Of a stretch of 64,000 nucleotides of DNA, positions 1 to 10,622 are shown piece by piece. Positions within the stretch are counted from its first letter, which is position 1. Each line of letters opens with the position of its first letter. This DNA comes from an uncultured Acidobacteriota bacterium. GTDB taxonomy: Bacteria > Acidobacteriota > Thermoanaerobaculia > UBA5066 > Gp7-AA6. The stretch lies in assembly GCA_963784935.1 (NCBI GenBank), contig CAWATD010000001.1:20991-84990 (forward strand). The letters run 5' to 3'. Both the position numbers and the translations under genes were made by a program. The notes below the pieces were generated by a model. That model saw only the letters and a program-made list of their open reading frames with translations. It did no database searches and had not been told where the DNA came from.

Positions 1-336
1 TCGCGATCCGCAGGCGCCTCTCGATGCTGTCGGGAAGGTACCGGTCGTCGGAGTCCAGGAAACAGACCCAATTCCCGCGGCTGGCGCGGATGCCGGCATT
101 GCGCGCCGCCTGCGCCCCCCGATTTCGGTCCTGACGAAGCAGTCGAATTCGGGAGTCCTGCCGTGCGATGCCGGCGACGACTTCGGCCGTGCCGTCCGTC
201 GACCCGTCGTCCACGACGATGGCCTCCCATTGCGAGCATCGTCTGCACCCGGAGGCTCTCCAGGGCCGCCCCGACCTTCGAGGCGCGGTTGTAGGCCGGG
301 ATCACGACCGGTGACGAGGGGGTTTTCTTGCTTCAT
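1..336 (-). pseudogene. Glycosyltransferase family 2 (N-terminal part; the gene runs off the left edge), frame broken twice in the first ~110 nt
   Basis: From my own translation (not in the ORF track): minus-strand ATG at 336 gives MKQENPLV. A second frame then reads PVVIPAYNRASKVGAALESLRVQT. A third reads WEAIVVDDGSTDGTAEVVAGIARQDSRIRLLRQDRNRGAQAARNAGIRASRGNWVCFLDSDDRYLP. This is the classic GT-A/GT2 N-terminal signature with a DSD (DxD) motif. Confidence 0.6.
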
Positions 337-351
337 GAATGGTTCCGCGCT

Positions 352-1523
352 TCAGTGCGGCCGCGTCCGACTCGCCGCTCGGATCAGGCCGAGAATCCGA
401 AGCAACTCGGAGCGCTCTCGCTCCCACGAGAACCGGCGCCTCGCCTGCTGCCAGCCCGCCTCGCCCATGCGGAGTCGCAGGCCCGGATCGCTCGCGAGCT
501 CCACCAGCCTGGCTCCCATCGCGGCGCTGTCGCCTTCGTCGACGAGGAATCCGTTCCCGCCATCCGTGACCGCCTCCGGTATGCCGGCATGCCGCGTCGA
601 AACCACGGGAAGGCCGCACGCCATCGCCTCCAGGAGGGCGACCGGCAGGCCTTCTTCGTCTCCGGAGTCCGGCGTCGGTCAGGCTGTGCTGCACGAAGAT
701 GTCGGCTTCCTGTCATAAGACCGCGCACCGACTCGTGCGCGAAGCCCGCCGTGGAGCGTCACCCGGTCCTCGAGGCCGAACGCGCGAACGAACTGGCGCG
801 CGGCGGGCAGAAGGTCTCCCTCCCCGACGTAATCGAGCCGGAGCGTCGGACAATCGAGGGCGGCCCGGCGGAAGGCGTCGAGCGTCAGAATCGGGCCCTT
901 CTTGGCGACCATGCGTCCGACGGCGAGGCATCGGACGACACCCTCGGAAGAGGCCCGCCGTGGCTCTCGAGACGGCACGTCGATCCCGCAGGGAACGACG
1001 TGAATTCGTTCCGCGTCCACTCCGATCGCGACGAGCCTCGCCTTGCTGAACTCGCTGACCGTGATCACGCCGTCCGCCTGGTTGTAGCGGAGATACTCGC
1101 TTGCGCCAACCGGGATCACGCAGCTGCATCGAGACGTCATAGCCATGGGCGTGCCCGAAGAATCGGGCCCCGGCCGCCCGAGCGGCCCCCATCCAGCGCA
1201 GGGACCAATCCAGGTACTCTCCGAGAACCACCGCGACGCCCTGCTCGCGGAGGAAGCGCTCGACTCTGCCCTCCGCATCCATTTCCCTCCGGCCCAACCT
1301 GCGGCCAACGCCCTCGACGACACGGCGAATGAGGGCCCTTCGACGGGGCCTGGTCGAGAAGCAGCTTCGGACCGGGGACCGACCAGTGCCCGCCCAGCGG
1401 GCCGTCCGCCGAGTCCGCCACGACGACGGTTCCGCCCGGAACCAGATCCTGCATGTGCCGTCGGATGAAGGTCTCCGACCGACCTCCGATGACCGGCGCG
1501 AACACGGCGAGCGCTCGAGTCAT
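352..1523 (-). pseudogene. Glycosyltransferase family 1 (GT4-like), split over about 4 frames
   Basis: The pieces are collinear. 1137..1523 gives MTRALAVFAPVIGGRSETFIRRHMQDL. 713..1297 gives FLREQGVAVVLGEYLDW...FFGHAHGYD. 679..1560 gives VITVSEFSKARLVAIGVDAERIHVVPCGID...VGRMVAKKGP. 352..624 gives MACGLPVVSTRHAGIPEAVTDGGNGFLVDEGD (the GT1 C-terminal E-x7-E region). Confidence 0.7.
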
Positions 1524-1708
1524 TCGGGGAGGCTCCTTGCGGCAGCGCCGTGCAGGTCAAGAATCAAAGCCTCGCCGAAGTCTTCTCGCCGACCGTTTCG
1601 GCCCCGGCGGACGGAAGCGAATCGGCCGGGCGAATGTCCCACTCTGGCGCCCAGTAGATCGGGCCCCAGCGGCTCGGGCTCGGAAGAGCGGCCCCTGAGC
1701 CAAAGACG

Positions 1709-2894
1709 TCATGCTCCAAGCACCTCGATCGCGAGAGCGCTGGCGAACTTCTCGCTGCGATCCTTGGGACCGATGTGCACGTTGGCGAAATAGGTTCCGG
1801 CATTGAGCGGCAGCCGCCCCATGTCGCACCGAATGTCCCAGAACCGGGACGTGCTCGGGGAGTTCACGATTCCCTGGATGTGGCTGCTCATGCTCACGAT
1901 CGGGTCCCCGGTATTCGACACGAGCGTCACGCCAATGCCGGCGTCCGAGCTCGGGATCGGAAACGGCGTCTCGATTCGAAACTCGAGAACGAGGGGGTCT
2001 CCGCAGAACATCGAGATCCGCCCTCGCTCACCCCCGAGGCGCAGAACGAACCGGTCGTCCTCCTCGGCGCGCGTCTCGAGCGAGGCGTCGTCGCGCGCCG
2101 GCTGGCCGTACTTGTTGACATAGAGGTCGACGACGTGGTCCGAGGGACCGTCGGCCAGCACCCTTCCCTTGTCGAGGAAAATGCACCGGGTGCACAGCCT
2201 GCGGATCGCCCCCGTGTTGTGGCTGACGAAGAGGATCGTTCGGCCGGATTCCGAAACGCTCTCCAGCTTGCCGAGGCACTTGCGCTGGAACTCGAGGTCC
2301 CCGACGGCCAGGACCTCATCCACGATCATGATCTCCGGCTCGAGGTGCGCCGCGACCGCGAACGCGAGCCGGACGTGCATGCCGCTCGAATAGTGCTTCA
2401 CCGGGGTGTCGATGAACTTCTCCACGCCGGCGAAGGCCACGATCTCGTCGAACTTGCGCTCGATCTCGGCTTTCTTCATCCCCAGGATCGCGCCGTTCAG
2501 GAAGATGTTCTCCCGGCCGCTCAACTCCATGTGGAAGCCGGAGCCGACCTCCAGCAGCGACCCCACGCTCCCGCGAATCTCGGCAAATCCTTCCGTCGGC
2601 TCGGTGATGCGGGAGAGGATCTTCAGGAGCGTGCTCTTCCCTGCCCCGTTGCGGCCGATGAAGCCGACGACTTCGCCGCGCTTGATCTCGGCGTTGATGC
2701 CGCGAATCGCCCAGAGCGTCTCCTCCGTCCCGGCCTCGCTCGAGCGTGCCGCGGCGCCTCAGCCCCTGCAACCGACGCCAGGGGCTCGAGGCCATCCCCG
2801 CGATCGCCTCGCGAAACGTCTTGTACGCCTCCTCCCGGCTTCCGAGGCGGTACTTCTTCCCGAGGTTGTCGAGTTGGATTGCCACGTCGCTCAA
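1709..2894 (-). CDS. wzt: Polysaccharide/O-antigen ABC exporter ATP-binding protein (Wzt/TagH type) with C-terminal extension; one frame break near 2745-2760
   Basis: N-terminus MSDVAIQLDNLGKKYRLG (ORF 2316..2894). In the frame of ORF 1709..2566, extended upstream, I read ETLWAIRGINAEIKRGEVVGFIGRNGAGKSTLLKI (Walker A). The same frame carries YSSGMHVRLAFAVA (ABC signature), IMIVDEVLAVGD (Walker B) and FVSHN (H-loop). A further ~120-aa tail resembles Wzt glycan-binding domains. Confidence 0.85.
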
Positions 2895-2936
2895 GGACCC
2901 TTCCCCGCCGCAAATAGCCCCCGCCCGTCGCGCAGC

Positions 2937-3819
2937 CTAGATGATGTCCGCAAAGGTCCTCTCCACCTTTCGAAAGTAGAACGCCCCACCCACCAGAAGC
3001 ACCACGGTCACGGCAGCGCTCGTCGCGATCACGGAGACCGACACGCCGCCGCTGCCCAGGGCGGCCCAGCGAAAGCCTTCGACGACGCCCGCCATCGGGT
3101 TCAAACCATAGAGCCACTCAGGGATCGACGCCGGCACGAAGCTTGGCCGTGACCCGGCTCGCGGGATAGATCACCGGCGTGACGAATAGCCAGATCTGTG
3201 TGAAGAACGGAACGACATATCGAATGTCCCGGTACTTCACGTTGAGCGCGGAGAACCACATGCCGATGCCCAGCGCCGCGCCCGATGCGAGCAACATGAA
3301 GAGGGGCAGGAGGAGGAACGTGGCCGTGGGCCAGACGTGGTAATAGGCCATCATCGCGACGAGAAAGATGGAGGCAACGCCGAAGTCCACCAGCCCCACG
3401 AGCACCGACGCGATCGGGATGATCAGCCTCGGGAAATAGACCTTGCTGATGAGGTTGGACGAGCCCACCAGGCTCGAGGCCGATTGGCCGAGCCCCTGCG
3501 CGAAAAGGTTCCACGGGAGAAGGCCCGCCAACGAGAACAGTGGATACGGCAGCCCGTTCGAGCCGACGTTGACCATGCGGTCGAAGAAGATCGTGAACAC
3601 GACCACCGTCATGAGCGGCTGCAGGACGGCCCAGGCGACGCCGAGCGCGGTCTGTTTGTAGCGAACTTTCACGTCGCGCCAGACGAGGAAGTAGAGCAGC
3701 TCCCGGTACGCCCAGACCTCTCTCAGCTGCAGCGACGCCCAGCCCCGGGTCGGCTGAATGCGAACCAGCGGAAATCTCGGCGGCAGGCTGCCGCCATGCC
3801 GCACGGCGCTCATTCGCAA
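2937..3819 (-). CDS. wzm: ABC-2 type polysaccharide exporter permease (Wzm); one frame break near 3120-3135
   Basis: ORF 3118..3819 reads ELLYFLVWRDVKVRYKQTALGVAWAVLQPLMTVVVF...SKVYFPRLIIP...NVKYRDIRYVVPFFTQIWLFVTPVIY. ORF 2937..3137 continues it with PEWLYGLNPMAGVVEGFRWAALG. These are typical ABC-2 (Wzm/TagG) motifs. Confidence 0.85.
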
Positions 3820-3828
3820 ACGGCCCTC

Positions 3829-5216
3829 TCAGTGACCCGGGCGAGTCACGCCTTGACGACGTTCGGCATCGCCTGCCGGTAGACACCCGCGGCTGTCGAC
3901 GATGAGCGGCGCATGGCGAAGGACGAGATCGTAGTCGACGGCGGAATGGTCCGTCACGATCACGACGGCATCCTGGGCGGCGAGCAGCTCGGGCGTGAGC
4001 GCTCTCCGACGACAGCGACGCGAGATCCGGCCATGCCCGAGTCCGCGGCACCCGCGGCACATGGGGGTCGTGATAGCTCGACGGCCGCGCCGCGCCGGAG
4101 AAGCGCATCGATGATCTCGAAAGCGGGGCTCTCCCGAGCATCGTCCACGTCCTTCTTGTAGGCCACTCCCAGGATCAGGATCCGGCTCCCCTTGACCGCC
4201 TTGCCCCGCTCGTTCAAGGCATTCTGCAGCTTCTCGACGACGTAGTGCGGCATCTGGACGTTGACCTCGCCGGCGAGCTCGATGAACCTCGCCGTCACTC
4301 CGTACTCGCGCGCCTTCCAGGCGAGATAGAAGGGATCGAGCGGGATGCAGTGGCCCCCGAGCCCCGGGCCCGGGTTGAAGCGCATGAAGCCGAAGGGCTT
4401 TGTCGAGGCGGCGTCCAGGACCTCCCAGACGTCGATGCCCATCTTGTCGAACACCATCTTCAGCTCGTTGACGAGCGCGATGTTGACGGCGCGGAAGATG
4501 TTCTCGACGAGCTTGGTCGCCTCCGCGGTCCGCGCCGTCGATACGCGCACGGTCCGCTCGATCGCGTGGTCGTAGACGGCCTGCGCCAGGTCTCCCGATA
4601 CGGCGTCCACGCCCCCGACCACCTTGGGAATGCTCGAGTGTCGAATGACGGGCGTTGCCCGGGTCCTCGCGCTCCGGCGAGAAGGCGAGGAAGAAGTCCT
4701 CGCCGCATCGCAGGCCCGACTCTTCGAGGATCCCGCGGACGAGCTCGTCCGTCGTGCCGGGATAGGTCGTCGACTCGAGAACGACGAGCTGCCCGCGGCG
4801 CAGGCGCGAGCGGATCTGCCGGACGGTGCTCACGACGAAGCTCATGTCCGGCTCTCGCTGCGGCGTCAGCGGCGTCGGCACGCAGATCAGCAGCACGTCC
4901 GGCTTGCCCAGCTCGGCGAAGTCCGAGGTCGCGCGAAAGAGACCCGGCGCGGTGGCAGCGCTCAGCGCGAGACGCCGGCGAGGTGCTGGATGTAGCTGCG
5001 GCCGGCCCGGAGCGCCTCGATCTTCTCGGGATCGACGTCGAATCCGACGACCGAGAGGCGCTTCTCCGCAAAGGCCATCGCGAGCGGCAAGACCCACGTA
5101 CCCGAGGCCGAGGACCCCGATGACGATCGTCGCGGTCCTCGATCTTCTTCTTGAGCTCGGCGGCGGCGGCGCTGAGAGGTCTCGGAGCTCACCGTCGTGC
5201 TCATCATTACTCGCAT
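3829..5216 (-). pseudogene. Nucleotide-sugar 6-dehydrogenase (UDP-GlcNAc/UDP-ManNAc dehydrogenase, WbpA/TviB/WecC-like), 5 or more frame breaks
   Basis: Collinear fragments across frames: IVIGVLGLGYVGL (Rossmann), [62 protein letters not shown]. Further fragments: [91 protein letters not shown]. Confidence 0.8.
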
Positions 5217-5300
5217 CCTGGTTAGGCTTCGCCCCCTTCGGTGTACAAACACCGAAAGAGCACTCCGCGTGTTGAGAAGACACCGAACCGAACGAAACTC

Positions 5301-5894
5301 CTAGAACCCCACGGCGCTTCGAGACGGACTCGACTGCTGCGCCGGAGCCACCGGGCAGAGCGCCTCCCGGCTGAACTCCACGGCGACGGTCTGGCGCAGC
5401 ATCGAAATGGACACGATGAGACGAAGGCGCGACTGCTCCCGCAGGACCTTTCCCGTGTAGCCCGAGAAGGGGCCGTCCACGACGCGAACGCTCGACCCCG
5501 GAGGCAAGCGGCACGTAGGGAACCAGCGTCGCGCCGGCCTCCTGAAGCGATCTCAGCTCGCGGAGCTCGCGGGCCAGAAGCTCCTGGTCCGGCACCTCGA
5601 TCAGCCGAACGACGACGTTGCTCCGGAGCACCGCAATCCTCTGCGAGGCCGGTCCCCCGAAAGAAGAAGTAGCCCGGGAAAAGCGGCGGGTAGGAGACGA
5701 AGCTCCGCCCCCCCCTCCGTCTTCGCGTTCTCACGACGCGGGAGATAGAAGGGCACCTCGAGCGGGATGAGGTGGCGCGCGAGGACCTTCTCCTGGCGGC
5801 TCCGGACGTGGGCCACGCACCACGGGAATTCAGACTCTGGAAGCTCGAAGAGGCCTTGAGGGAATGCCTCTGTCCCGCGCTTCAAGAGCGGCAT
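5301..5894 (-). pseudogene. NusG-paralogue transcription antiterminator (UpxY/RfaH/LoaP-like), about 3 frame breaks
   Basis: The NGN domain is read from WCVAHVRSRQEKVLARHLIPLEVPFYLPRR (5601..5894) and SFVSYPPLFPGYFFFRG (frame of 5222..5734). A third piece reads VVRLIEVPDQELLARELRELR. The KOW domain reads GSSVRVVDGPFSGYTGKVL (5301..5507). It sits at the head of the wzm/wzt/GT block. Confidence 0.7.
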
Positions 5895-6149
5895 CTCTGA
5901 GCCCCCATATTCTCTTTCGCCACAGTGGATTACCGCTGGTCCAAGAGGTCAATGTTATGAGCCCAAATCATAGCACAGGACGGGCCCAAAGCGACCAAAA
6001 TCCTGACCCTCAGGACAGGTTCACAGGACTGGCCTTCGGCGGGGTATCTGTAGGGGTTGTAAACAAAGACCTCCAGCACCACGATGCCGCCCCGGCGAGC
6101 GCGCCCGGCGACCCGCGTTCGCCTGACGGCGCCGACCGGACGGGCAGGC

Positions 6150-9100
6150 CTACGGATTCGACAGCGTGACGCTGTCCAGCCCCGATGTACCGATCAAGGT
6201 GTTGTTGTGACTGGTCAGCGGCAAGCCGACGTAGACGTTGGCGGACATCGTGATCGTGTCGGATCCCACCAGCGTCCAGGTGATCCCGTCCGGCGAGCTG
6301 TACCCGGTGAACGTGTCGGCGTTACGCCCGCTGCGCGTCAGCTTGACCCAGTACGGACCCGCCACCAGAGCGTCCCGCGGTGCCGACACCCGCAGCTCCG
6401 GTGGTGAGCCGGCGCTGAAAGTGCACCCCATTCGAGGGGGTCAGGATCGTCATGGCGAACGTGGAATTGGCCGCCAGCGTCTCGCGAATCATCACGCCGC
6501 TCTTGGCCCACGGATCCGTGTTCTGGATGCTCGCCACGCGCGCGATGATCGTCCCGTCGCCGCTCCATGGCTGGTACACGTAGTGGAACTGATCCGACGT
6601 GCCCCAGATGTCGGTTCCAGAAGCGCTCATCGTGAACGCCCCCGCCGAATAGCTCGCGTTGCCCGCAATACCAGGACCCCCGATGTCCTGATGCACCCAC
6701 GGCGCCGGAAGGCCGCCACCCGGCGCCGGCGTGCGTGTCGGTGTCGCCGTTGGACCGATCGGCGTCGCGGTGCGCGTGGGCGGGACCGTCGGCGTGTTCG
6801 TCGGAGCGATCGGTGTCGCGGTACGCGTCGGCGTGGCGGTCGACGTGTTCGTCGGAGCGATCGGCGTCGCGGTGCGCGTGGGCGTGACCGTCGGCGTCGG
6901 CGTGGCCGTGGCGTCGCGCTCGCCGACGCTGATGCTGTCCAGAGTGCCCGTGCAGAGCAGCGTGTTGTTGTGACTGGTCAGCGGCAAGCCGACGTAGACG
7001 CTGGCGGACATGGTGATCGTGTCGGTTCCCACCAGCGTCCAGGCAATCCCGTCCGGCGAGCTGTACCCGGTAAACACGTTGCCGCTGCGCGTCAGCCTGA
7101 CCCAGTACGGACCTGCCACGAGAGCTCCCGGGGTGCCCACACCCGCAGCTCCGGTGGTGACCCGGCGCTGAAAGTGCACCCCATTCGAAGGGGTCAGTAT
7201 CGTCATGGCGAACGTGGAATTGGCCGCCAGCGTCTCGCGAATCATTACCCCGCTCTTGGCCCACGGATCCGTGTTCTGGATGCTCGCCACCCGCGCGATG
7301 ATCGTCCCGTCGCCGCTCCATGGCTGGTACACGTAGTGGAACTGGTCCGACGTGCCCCAGATGTCGGTTCCAGAAGCGCTCATCGTGAACGCCCCCGCCG
7401 AATAGCTCGCGTTGCCCGCAAAACCAGGACCCCCGACGTCCAGATGCACCCACGGCGCCGGAAGACCCGCCCCCGCCGTCGGCGTGGCTGTCGGCGTCGC
7501 GGTCGGGCCGTTTGAGGTCGGCGTCCTCGTAGGCGTCATCGTCGGCGTCGGCGTCCTGGTGGGAGTCGGCGTCACGGTTGCCGTTCGTGTCGGCGTCGGA
7601 GTCGGGCCCGCCGGGCCGATGGTGACGTTGTCGAACACGGCAGTGCAGAGGACCGTGTTGTTGTGGCTGGTCACGGCCAAACCCACGTAGACGCTGGCGG
7701 ACATGATGATCGTGTCGGATCCCACCAGCGTCCAGGTGACTCCGTCCGGGGAGCTGTACCCGGTAAAAGTGTCGCCGCTGCGCACGAGCTTGACCCAATA
7801 GGGCGCGCTCACGCTCGGGCCCGTCGAGCCGGCGCTCTGATAACCCTTGAGCACACGGCGCTGAAAGCGAACTCCATTGATCGGGGTCAGGATCGTCATG
7901 GCTTGAACGGAGTCGGCTGCCAGGGTGTCGCGCAACATCACGCCGGCCTTGGCCCAGGGATCCGTGTTCTGAATGCTCACGACCCGCGCGATGATCGAGC
8001 CATCCCCACTGAGCGTCTGGTACGCGAAGTTGAACTGATCCGAGGTCGACCAGATGTCGGCTCCCGAAGCCTTGACGGTGAGCGTGCCAGCCTGCGTCAG
8101 GCTGCCCGCCAGCCCGGGGCTGCCGATGTCCCGGTCGGCCCAGGCGGAGGAGGCCGGCGTGTAGGTCGCCGTGTAGGTGGCCGGAGAGGACGTCGCGGTG
8201 ACCGTGTGGTTCTGCGCTCCCCCGTCCGACCAGGAGACCCACTGGTAGCCGCTCTCCGGTGAAGGCGCGTTGACGGAGTTGGCGGAGTTGACGATGACGG
8301 TGCGAACGAAGGGCGTCGTCCCCGCGAAAGTTCCCACCGTCAGGTACAGTCCCGAGGGGCTCGACTGAAACGTCAGGTCCACCGTCTTCGGCTGAATGTT
8401 GACGCTCGTAGTCGCCGAGAGGCCGAGGGAGTCTGTGGCCGTCAGCTGGATCTCGAGGTAGGACGGGTACTCGTGGTCGGGAGCCGAAAACGAGCCGCTC
8501 GCAACTCCCGAGAAAGTCTGGTACGTGTGCAGGTGACAATTCGAGGGGCAGTGGTGGATGAGGACCACCCAATTGAGCGCGCTCGCCGGCAGCACGCCGC
8601 CATCCGGATCGGTCGCCTGGCCCGAGAAGCTGATCGTGTCTCCGACCTTCCAGGTGAAGGAAGACGCGGGCGTCGTGATGGACGGAATCGGAGGCTGGTT
8701 ATCGACGAAGATCTTGATCGGTGCGCTGATCGCAGAGCTGCCGCGCTGGTCGGTGACCTTGAGCCGGGTCGTGTAGGTGCCTTTCGTGGTGTAGACGAAC
8801 GCGGGCTTCTGCAGGGTCGAGTCGTCGAACTGGCCGTCCCCATCGAGATCCCACGCATAGCTCAACGTGTCGCCGGATTGGGCGGGCTTCGATCCGCTCC
8901 CGTCGAAATTCACCGTCAGCGGCGACGGGCCGAACAGGGGTGAGGCCGTCGCGAGGGCATTCAGGCCGTAGACGAAGCGGACGATGTTGCCGCCGTTGAA
9001 GTCGGCGTAGTAGACGTTGCCGTCGGGACCCACATCCAGGAACACGGGGCCCGTCGCCACGCTGGACGCGAACGGGATGACGTTGGCCGGGTTGGGATTG

Positions 9101-10476
9101 CCTCCGGCATCCGGCAGCATCACCCAGACGCAGGCGCGCGAATAGTCCGAGAAGAAGAGCGCGTTCTTGTAGGTCGAGGGATAGTTGCTGCCGCCCGTGT
9201 AGAAGGTGATGCCGGCGACCGAGGAGCTTCCCGTCGGACACCCGTCGGTCGGGAGGACCTGAGCGCGTGGTTGTAGGTCAGCACGGGCAGCGTGACCGTC
9301 TGCGGGCTCTGCGCGTAGAGGGCCTCGCAGATGTTCAGGTTGTCGCCGTCGTAGCTGGGCTGACGCAAGAGGCCTTCGTAACAGGGCCAGCCGAAGTTCG
9401 TGCCGACGGTTGGGTTGGAAAGGTGGTTGATCTCCTCCCAGGTGTTGTAGCCGACGTCGGAGATCCAGAGGTCGTTGGTGCCGGGCTTGATGGTGAACCG
9501 GAAGGGGTTGCGCAGGCCCCACCCCGTGATGCGCTGCGCGTTCACGTCGCCGGACGAGTGGAAGGGATTGTCCGGGGCGCCCGCGCCCGTGGCCGGATCC
9601 AGACGCAGGATCGTGCCGTTCAGGACCCGCGGTTCGCCGGCCGTGCGCAGCACCGACTGGGCGCGCAGGGCCCCGCCCTCGGCTCCCGGAGGAACCTGGT
9701 TGCCGCCCACTGGCACCGGCGGATCTCCGCACGGGTTCTTGGGCGTCGGTGGCGGGCTGCCCTGGGTCCCTCCGAACTGACCGTAGTCGTCGTTGATGAA
9801 GCTCGCGCCATCACCGGCGCTCACATAGAGGTAGCCGTCGGCACCGAAGTTGAGAGAGCCGATTGAGTGGCTCGGGAACTGCTGGCACCAGTCGTTGATC
9901 ACGGAGTGCTCGCTCGCCTTCCAGTCGCTGCCGGTCGCGGTCAGGCGCGACAACCGGCCGCTGATGACGCAGCCGTCCGTATTGGCGCCAGGGGGACTCG
10001 GACACGGGTCGGATGTTCCATCTCCCGGACCCCATTTCGGCGGCGCACCCCCGATGGGCGCGTCGTACGCGTAGAGCACGTAGACGTAGTTGTTGGTCGA
10101 GAAGTTCGGGTCGATCGCGAGTCCCAGAAGGCCCTCGGTCCCAGTTGTTGAAGACCTCTGAGCGCAGGTCCGCGACGACCGTGTAGGTGTTTGTCGTGAT
10201 GTTGGGAAACAGCTTGAGAAGCCCGCTCTTCTCCGCCACCAGCACACGGCCGTCCGGCAGAAACCGCACGACCGTCGGATTGGTCAATCCGGTGAAAACC
10301 ACCGTCTCGGAAAAACCCTGCTGCTTGAAACTGGTGCCGGCCAGCGCTGCCGGCAAGGCGAACGCGAGGGCGAGAAGGGTCGCCCTTCGGGCCAATGGCG
10401 CCAGCACCTCGAGAAGACTGCCAGGCCAGGGTTGTCGCACCGGTTTGACATTCATTGGAGAATTGGAATTCGCCAA
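6150..10476 (-). pseudogene. Giant secreted modular protein B: signal peptide + PQQ-type glucose/sorbosone-dehydrogenase-like propeller + PKD + Ig-like + 3 ConA-like (DUF1349/LamG-like) modules joined by Pro/Thr linkers; 3 frame breaks (about 10138, 9270, 6390)
   Basis: ORFs 9811..10476, 9120..10247, 6322..9732 and 6150..6431 are collinear with paralogue A. Signal peptide: LLALAFALPAALAG. Propeller: FLPDGRVLVAEKSGLL, LLGLAIDPNF, GADGYLYVSAGDG, NDLWISDVG. PKD: LTVNFDGSGS...YAWDLDGDGQFDDS. Module core: SGTDIWGTSDQFHYVYQPWSGDGTIIARVASIQNTDPWAKSGVMIRE...GYSSPDGIAWTLVG. Confidence 0.8.
6153..8150 (-). repeat. Tandem coding repeat: 3 ConA-like modules plus PT linkers (period about 650-710 bp) in gene B
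   Basis: Module starts recur as AWADRDIGSPGLAG, APWVHLDVGGPGFAG and [15 protein letters not shown]. The DNA of the internal modules is near-identical to the modules in gene A. Confidence 0.85.
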
Positions 10477-10560
10477 TCTACCCCTGATACGTGCCCCGCC
10501 GACATCAGCCCATGGGTCGACCTTGAGGTGAGAAAACGACCTAGGGCTTTACCCTGAGTC
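10477..10560 (-). promoter_or_regulatory. Conserved upstream leader/promoter region of giant gene B (a copy of the element upstream of A)
   Basis: The minus strand reads ...cctaggtcgttttctcacctcaaggtcgacccatgggctgatgtcggcggggc...gtagattg...ATG. This aligns with the segment at 15541-15617. GC content is locally reduced. Confidence 0.4.
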
Positions 10561-10622
10561 CCGTCCCCGACAACGCCGATGCGATCGGCTGCCAAGAACC
10601 CGCGCCGACCGGACGAGCGGGC

